A DNA stretch of 61,882 bases, filler included, from Choristocarpus tenellus KU-1152 (taxonomy: Eukaryota > Protista > Phaeophyceae), in the NCBI GenBank assembly GCA_964200185.2. It is 11 parts of 11 records of this genome, joined end to end, with 100 filler letters (N's around TTAATTAATTAA, not from the genome) between each part and the next. Parts side by side here need not be neighbours in the genome. Positions count along the whole stretch, not along the records: positions 53,438 to 58,110 come from CAXNAD020013520.1; positions 58,211 to 61,882 come from CAXNAD020018594.1; 9 more parts are not named here. One strand, given 5' to 3'. This document shows positions 54,258-61,882 of this stretch, one piece after another. Positions within the stretch are counted from its first letter, which is position 1. Every line of letters begins with the position of its first letter. Both the position numbers and the translations under genes were made by a program. The notes beneath the pieces were generated by a model. The model saw nothing but the letters and a program-made list of their open reading frames with translations, did no database searches and had not been told where the DNA came from.

Positions 54258-55589
54258 GATTGCTCTATATACGGCTGTTCGAAGAAAACTTAGGAATTTG
54301 CAGGTCAGGATTTGGGTTGATTGTACTAACGAGCTTTTCTTTTGTGTAATTTTGTCCAGCTCTAGCTCACTCAAACCCCAATGATCCAGTCTAGTCTTAT
54401 ACCGCAAATTTGAATACTTGCAATTAAGCGACGACAAAATCCAGAGGTACGGTGAATTTTGTAAAGAGTAGTGTGTATGAACAAACAGTCGTGACAGGGT
54501 GACATCCATCAATTATTTTTTGTTTTTGCTCAAGGAACATGTGGCATCAATGGAGGGACCACTCTTTGCCCCCAGCATAGTCCCTCAGGCTTACCCAGGC
54601 ACACTCCCCCCCCCCTCCTCTCCTCATGTTGCTACTGGAGCACAGCTGCTAGTAACTTGGCAAAGATTCGCCTCCTCTTTCTCACTTCGACACAGACTAC
54701 TTTTACCCACACAACTCTATCCGTGTGAGAGGCAGGCAGTATCCTGTCCTGGTCTTGAAAGGTCCGTTATAGTCCATTATGGCTGTTGCAGGTGAGACAG
54801 GAGTAATTGACAACACTACCAATCAACAGTATTGTCCCAATAGGTTTGTCTGAGCGCATGAAGATCGCATATCCGCAATTCTTTAGATAAACCGTAATGA
54901 AATGATTGCAATGTGAGGTTGAGGGACCAAGCACCCAAGATGAAGAAGTTGTTGAAAGGGACACCCAGGAGAAAGAGGAAGAGCATCTTTGCCAAAGGTT
55001 TGTTTGTCTAAGGCACAGATATTAACACAGCAATATTAATGGGGCGCACACAACACTCTAACCTCGCTCCTTCTGGTTCTGTTGATTTGGGTGCGGATCC
55101 TACCCCTCCAATCACCAACGTCTTTGGCACTTCCAAAAGGTTCAATAAGGGGGAAACCCTTTTACCCTCACGATCTACACTTAAACCTTAGGCGTCACCC
55201 CCCACGCTGCTCATTTCGAGTGGCAGAATGTAGGACGCAAAAGTAGTTTTGGTTAGGACCAATCGCGACTCGGACAACTCGTGCAAAGAGATTGGCAAAG
55301 AGGCCAGAAACTGCCAACAAACATTTCCCACTGAGGGCACTGAGTGCAAACTAAGCCAAACCCACGAGGTTTAGTCACCTGCTCCGTGCGTCACACAGGG
55401 TGCAGGCCAAGTCAAACACTAAACGACGAAGATGGGAACCATTCTGGATATTGAAGAGACTACACACCTTGCAGCGGTGTGCCATTTAGGGCGCCACAAA
55501 GGCCAAACACACCAAAAACAGAGCGTCCTGGTTTTAAGCTAACCGTAGTAAAAAAAGGATGATATCAGTTTCCCTTGTTTGACATGGTG

Positions 55590-56190
55590 AACTACTCCAT
55601 CTTTGAGGGTGTAAAACCACTTCTCATCCACATGCACAAAGTCATATTGATCGCCCACTAACACCCCACTTCCCCACCTTCTGCGTGAGTGGATGATGAC
55701 GAAACCCACCCTGTCGACTTTCTGTTGCTGATCTGAAAGGACTGGCTTAATCCATCGCTTGACCTTCACCATCTGCTTGCACAGATCCTACAATGAGGCA
55801 AGGGAGACCTCAGCTTTGGACCCCCATTTGCAGAAGGATGTGAGGTGTAGTGATGGGACATCCCAAACATCGAGGATACTTGTACAGTAGCCACACTGCC
55901 CTTTGTGACGTCGTACAAGGTCTCTGCATTCACCCAGTTCGATCTGGCTATCATACTCCTTCAAATGACGAAACATGGTGATTTGGGAAAATCTGAAGTC
56001 CTCAGTGACGGTTGCCACAGTCCTCCGAGACATCCCAGTCTCGCGCCCTCTTGCCTCCAGGCATTGCACCACCACTCTGTTCTACATTGGGGTGTTTCAG
56101 TCTGGAACCTGGACAGACTTCTGGGCCGAAGATTTGGCACTGGCAGGCGACGGCGGGATGAGCAAGCCACTCGACGAGGTGCAATGGGAT
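55590..56190 (-). pseudogene. Second mariner-like transposase remnant (N-terminal half), same family as 5148-6430
   Basis: VKVKRWIKPVLSDQQQKVDRVGFV...HVDEKWFYTLKDG; nucleotide collinearity with ~5850-6430. Confidence 0.85.
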
Positions 56191-56268
56191 ATGATATATA
56201 GCGTGCCCCCCAGCTAAGTGGAGTCTAGACCGTACCCTCTCCTTGATATAGCACACAACTCAAACGAC

Positions 56269-57037
56269 TTACAGGTCTGGCACCCTGTATGTATCTAGAA
56301 CTCCTTTCCACCCCATCCCTGCCAGAGCAGACCGACAATAATTCCTTCTGTTGCTGGTTAAAGCCACCCTCATGAAAGCATCAAAAACTGCAGACTTCAG
56401 CATAGTTGGCGCGATCCTAAAGGTGGTGTCCCTGGCTTGCAAAAGGCTGGGAGAGAGCACTTGGCCCATTGACTGGGACAGGTCTGAGAGGTAGGACAGG
56501 AGCATTGCTCTTCAAGTTTCAAGCAAGGGAGTAGGAAGGGTTTGGGGGGGCGGGGAGGGAGGGCAGAACAACAACCATGTGTTGCAGGTCAGGCAGTGCA
56601 CAGTTGACAATGAAGCAATGAGGAAGTTAATGTCTACATGGGAGCATGCTAAGATACCAGTAATGGCAAAGGACGTAAGGTACGGCTATGTGTGCATGAG
56701 AATTAAACAATGTGCTACTGTTGCTCTTAACCCCTCCTCCCTTTCTTTGTCCCTTCCTGACACCCCCCTAACCCCCCTTCACCCTCCTTACATACCTCCT
56801 TCTTCCCCAATCTCTTCAATTTCTTCCATCCCCTGCTAAAGGAGTTGAAGGGGAGAAACGCTAGACCTACCTCCCAAGTCGATCTTCTTCATACATGGAC
56901 ACTGCCTCTGCAAGACCAAGCTTCCTTCCCTGATCTACTGCTGCCTTGTCATCTCTACCCAGCTGTTTGATGCGATAAGCAAGCTGGAAGGCGTCTTCCA
57001 GGGCAACACCCACCCCTTGGGCAAGGACTGGGTCAAG
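56269..57037 (-). CDS. FAD-dependent monooxygenase (aromatic hydroxylase family), last two exons
   Basis: Exons 57037-56871 and 56509-56269 are in phase; LDPVLAQGVGVALEDAFQLA...YEEDRLGR matches the P..gQG...alEDa..La...Ye..R..R motif that follows GDAAH. Confidence 0.85.
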
Positions 57038-58089
57038 CTGATGGTGATCAGGGGTGTATGCGCACGCGCGCGTGTGTGTGGGGGGGTTGAAGACGGATTG
57101 AGCACGTACTAGTATCGGCCAAGCAGGGGTGAGAGAGGATGAAATGAGCAAAAAAATATAAAAAATAATCTAGTACAAAATACCGTGGTTGAAAATCCCA
57201 CCAATAGTACATACTACAACTTAAAAAGAAGTTAGAAAGGTGTACACAGTTGTTCAAGTTTTTGCAGGCTCTTATCTCTTGAACACAATCAATGATTGAT
57301 ATACATATATGTATACAGAGACAGACAGAAAGATTGAAAGGTGGATGTAAAACAGGATCAGGGGGTGGGGGGAGGATAATGTTCGTAGATAGTGCTGCTG
57401 ATACACGTAGACACCACCGGTGGATAATATATTAGGATGGAGAGCCAGTGACAGATATATATATAGTATGTACTGACTCAATAGTGTTGATTGGTTATTA
57501 TATCATGTTCAAGATACACCTTCTATACTTAAGATAAGTAAATAAGTAATTCATAGTAACTTAGTGTGGACGCTTACAAACCCCACACTATAGAAATAAT
57601 AATGTTGGTTTAGGCTAGTCTCATCCACGTAATGAGTCAGCAGAATCGAGACCACAAAGACCATAAGGCCCCTTGTAATATTACCTTTGTTCATCTGCAT
57701 CAAGCCGTTCTTTGTCCTTCATTAAAGCACCATAAAAACCGCGGGTCTAGTGTGGGATAGTTCAACAGATAACCCACCACTAGTTGAATTGTTCTTATCG
57801 GAAAAACACAGTTGATCACATTACCATCAACCATCAACCATCAATGGAAGCCCCAAGGAAATACAAATAGTACCACCTCATAACTAACCTGGTCCCTCCT
57901 AAACCCACACAACTCAAGAAATGTTGTTGATGTTAGGTTGGAGTGTTCCCTCGACAAACCCCAACCCTTGCACTATATGTACAAGGAAAAAGATCAAGAG
58001 CATTAAACGTCTTGTTCCTCCTCCACCTCGCCATGAAAAAAAAAAACTTCACACAGAAGACAGACGCATACACACACACAATACACACA

Positions 58090-58110
58090 GGGTCAAAGTA
58101 TCTGGGGGGG
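58090..58110 (+). mobile_element. MITE family B TIR at contig end
   Basis: gggtcaaagtatctggggggg. Confidence 0.75.
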
Positions 58111-59126
58111 NNNNNNNNNNNNNNNNNNNNNNNNNNNNNNNNNNNNNNNNNNNNTTAATTAATTAANNNNNNNNNNNNNNNNNNNNNNNNNNNNNNNNNN
58201 NNNNNNNNNNGGGGGTCAAGATTGAGCGGGATAGATGTCTTCTACTTCAAACCCAAGGTATGGGAGAGGGTGGAGGTAGAACTTTTTGGGAGGATTTGTG
58301 TGGGAGTGGATTCGCGGAAATTGGTCGCATTGGTTTGGAGGTGGATAGTATGCCCGGGAATTAGCCACATTAGTTTATAATTGGATACTATTCGTCAGAA
58401 TTGACCACACTGATTTGTGTGGGGATACCATACACAAAAATTAGCCGCGTAGTTGGTGTGGTAATAAGGGTGGTGCTGTGATGGTGGTGTGATATAGATG
58501 AGGTGATGATGTGACGTCGCTTTGAGAAGTAGAGGAGACGTGTAAGGCTATGGGGGGCCTAACTAATTAATCCAGAATTTGCAACCAAAGCAAACATCAC
58601 CAACACACAATTTTGGAAACATTGGCAGCTACTCCAAAAACGCTGTGGTGTCGATATTGTGTAGTACACTACTTTTCCACGCTCCATAAAAGGGAGTTAA
58701 CATTTGATTAAATTTTTGGTATGACAGGTGTGTGTGTTCAACAGTTCTCGGGGTCCTCTCATTGATCCTCATCATGTCTGCTAGTAGTAATGGGCTTCAA
58801 ATGAAAGCGAAACTGAGAAAGAGTTGACAACTGCCTCCAAATTCCATCCTTCGTCCATATTGTCAACTGCTCATCACTATTTTGAATTTCGATTAGACCA
58901 CTACCGGTCGGAGACTGTATATACGAAATGATCTAGAAGAGGACCCACACCCAACAATGGTAGTAGTGTTACAATCTGAACGAGAACATTTTATTTGTAA
59001 TACTTTCCTTCACATTGAAGCTATTATTCTCAAGGATTTCAGACTCTAGATTTGGTGCAATCATCCAAGGGAAAGCCACAGTAGGGGATGAAGCATAGAA
59101 GGAATTATTCAAAGAAGGTAATCCAA

Positions 59127-61260
59127 TCATTCCATTCTTCCTCCATCCTCCAACCAATAAAGTGTCGTGTTGGGCAGAAAGATCAAAGTGTGGGATATTT
59201 CGGGGCGATCGATGATCAAGCTCCTCCTCTCCATGGCAACATGTTTCCTTTGTTCTTGCACCTCCTCTGGAATCTGTAGGTGGTCTGAGGGGAGAGAGAC
59301 CCCTCCCTGCACGTCAGAGCGTCACCACTGCTGTCTAATCTGCATGGGCACGGAGGAGCTCAGCCATGACCAGGTTTCGTTCTCCAGACCTGTCAACGCA
59401 TGATATTGTGCTATCATCACCAGGGGAGGTTATCAGCAATGACAACAGCCACAACAACAATGCCAGTGTCCCACCATCACTGGTATGCACGGGAACTGAG
59501 AAGATGACAACTGGTGATGTAGTTGATAGTATATGCATATGGTATGTAAGGGGTGATAGACATCGTCTGTTACCAACTGCAGCACGCAAGTCACTGAACA
59601 AATACAGTTCATCATCACTGGCACAAACTTAAATAGATGGCATGAAGTGGATACTCGAGTGGTCCACATTTGTCGTATCTCCTTAAACTTGTACACAATT
59701 TGGGTTGGGAAAAGGATCCGTGGTACAAGGAGGCTGCTGATCCTCTGACTGGGGACGAACCAGTCCAGCTTTGTTCCCATCGATGGTGGACGTGCTGAGA
59801 AACCTATGACTTGGAGTAGATGCACATATTTTGTCATTGTTCCAAGTGTAGATTGTATTACCGAAGCTTGAAGCTTGGTGTTGTGTTTCTGATTCATACA
59901 CAGAACAAAGTATAACACTGGTGTAGTCAATTGAGTCCCATAGAGGTACCTATGATGACTTGTTTCTGTCATTGATCCAAAAAATCTATCTTTTAGTGCT
60001 GATGCTCTTCAAGGCATGATATAATCTTCATGGTGGCAAAAGGATAATTCACGAAAACACCCAGGGGTAACACAATACAGATTGTTTTGGACTTGCTCTG
60101 TATTAAGGTAGGATAAATAGATAAACAGGTGCGTTGTTACAGCACGCTCCAGAACTCACCTCCACAGGGTGTGCAACACAAATCTAACGACCTTAAAAAC
60201 GACGCTATGGTGTCAGTTGATGCTCAGCTCAGTCGATGTCTCGCTTTTCGATTTATCAAAAGAGGGTAAGGTGTTGAGAAGTTTGGCGCACGTAAGGCTC
60301 GTCGCCGGAAGCTAGCAGTTGAATTACATGGTAAAGCACCCACTGAATTATTAATTGCCCGTCAATCATCCATCATCACTGACGTGTGGATTAATGTTGA
60401 CTTAATATATTTTATATACGTACGTACTTTGTATGATACCTAACCAATTATAAATGTACATATAACCTATGTTATATACTTGTGTGGCTCAAAGTATTTG
60501 GGGGGGGGTGGCGGCTGTCCATTTGGGGTCAATTTTTTCATGTCGCGATTTTTGTGTGATTTGGTTGTGCCATGTCGGATGGATAATATAAATTCACTTT
60601 TCCTGATTTTCGTCCAAATGGACACCCTGGTTTAGACCCAATCTCCCTCCCAGATACTTTGGGTCTGTCAGCACAAACAACGTAAGGATAACACTAGGTT
60701 ATTCGACATAAGGATCATAAGGTACTGACTCGTGTGGTCAACAACAATTCAGGCTTTTATTAACGCCATTCACCGTTTTTTCTACAGCCAACGAGTTAAA
60801 TGACGTCTGCAAACTGCCGTAAAAATACTCCAGTCATAAATCTTTATTCTGCAACTTTCAGGAATTGAAGTCTATTCCATAAGATTATGTATGCTTTTTG
60901 GATCTTACTCTGCATCTTCTATCAATTCAAAGTTCCTCGTATATGAATTCTTACGTATGTATACTGTTCGCGCATTTTGGAATGCAGAAAGAAATTCTCG
61001 CGCTATTCACCTGTAACAGTGTATCGTTGACGAAGGTTACATTCTTCTGAGAAGGGAGTGATCCTCCCTTTCTTCTATTCTAAGAGGTAGATGTTCTAGT
61101 GTGGTCACGACCTGGGGAGTAAGGCAGTGACTAGGCCTCCAGGATCCTTGCTGGAAGAACGTTCCTCACGAGAAGTGTCAGCTTTGATTATCATCCCCTC
61201 ACCATGTTGTATAGGACACACTGATACATAGAGAGAAAAGGCAATAGTGTGGGCATCAAC
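59127..61260 (-). CDS. Unknown spliced gene (internal/3' exons)
   Basis: Exons 61260-61203, 59803-59655 and 59273-~59127 join in phase: VDAHTIAFSLYVSVCPIQHG/FSARPPSMGTKLDWFVPSQRISSLLVPRILFPTQIVYKFKEIRQMWTTR/IPEEVQEQRKHVAMERRSLII...; no family recognised. Confidence 0.5.
60160..61020 (+). repeat. Dispersed repeat family C, interrupted by a family B MITE
   Basis: Collinear blocks shared with 29130-29622. Confidence 0.6.
60486..60665 (+). mobile_element. MITE family B, complete
   Basis: TIRs ggctcaaagtatttggggggg / ccctcccagatactttgggtc; flanks tgt/tgt. Confidence 0.9.
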
Positions 61261-61794
61261 CTGGGCTGGGCAATGAAAGTCACCACAGGGTAGCATAAAA
61301 AAGGTTCGTCTTGTTAGAGCAAATTTACATCTTTTAAAAGACAAGTGTAGAGAAACGCATGACACTAACGTAACTTCTCGAATGTGTTACTATTATGAGA
61401 GCACAAACGTGCCTGGCTTGGCATTTCACCTTGAATCCATGAGTGAGTGTATTGCCTATCATCCAACAAAGAGAAACGTTAAGAAGAGTAGAACATGATC
61501 CATGTATGTAATGCAAACACAAAGAGGGTTGTGCCACACTTCAGAGACTCTCTACTCACTATATGTTAACTTCAGGCGATCTATATTTGCCAATTCTTCA
61601 ATCAACTCAACTTCAATTTGATGTTCAGAAGTCCAGCAAGTGAAAAGGGGGGTGATTATAGTATATCGCTGTAGTGAAATGCAAGGGGTTGCAGGAACAC
61701 TGCTGACTCTCCTAGTAGTAAACGATATTATCCAAAATCACCTGGGTCAGATTGCTCAACCCATCCTTACGCGTGAAAGCTGATCGTGCTCAAT

Positions 61795-61882
61795 GGCTCA
61801 AAGCATCTGGGGGGGGGGGTGGCGGCTGTCCATTTGGGGTACATTTTTTTATGTCGCGATTTTTGGGTTATTTGGTTGCATA
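61795..61882 (+). mobile_element. MITE family B, left half at window end
   Basis: ggctcaaagcatctggggggggggtggcggctgtccatttggggt. Confidence 0.88.

Noticed and set aside
54535-54791. Open exon-like segment with AG/GT ends (similar candidates at 48222-48296 minus and 14107-14275 minus)
   Set aside because: No recognisable family and no phase-linked neighbours established.

Overview
This window is not one locus. It is 11 short eukaryotic contigs joined by artificial 100-nt linkers (44 N + TTAATTAATTAA + 44 N), so adjacency across linkers means nothing. The DNA is intron-rich and looks stramenopile, probably brown-algal (inference from the gene families, GT-AG introns and scattered TTAGGG motifs). 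Spliced host genes reconstructed by phase-consistent exon joining: an NT-type C2-domain protein, a SHIPPO/PGP-repeat flagellar protein, a single-pass membrane protein, part of PRP8, a tyrosinase-like gene with an in-frame TGA, a divergent RFC-like AAA+ ATPase, the 3' end of an FAD-dependent monooxygenase, and several unknown genes. Mobile DNA: two related MITE families (about 22 copies or fragments sharing an AAAGTATCT TIR core), two decayed mariner-type transposase genes, remnants and many ~50-nt 3' tags of an RLE-type non-LTR retrotransposon, and one further dispersed repeat. The most unusual item is on contig 14972-18332: a spliced gene that appears to join a ParB/Srx-like domain to a beta-class (N6_N4) DNA amino-methyltransferase fold with degenerate catalytic motifs, next to short direct repeats and a 213-bp tandem repeat carrying a long palindrome. 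All protein assignments are from motif recognition by eye; no database search was run.
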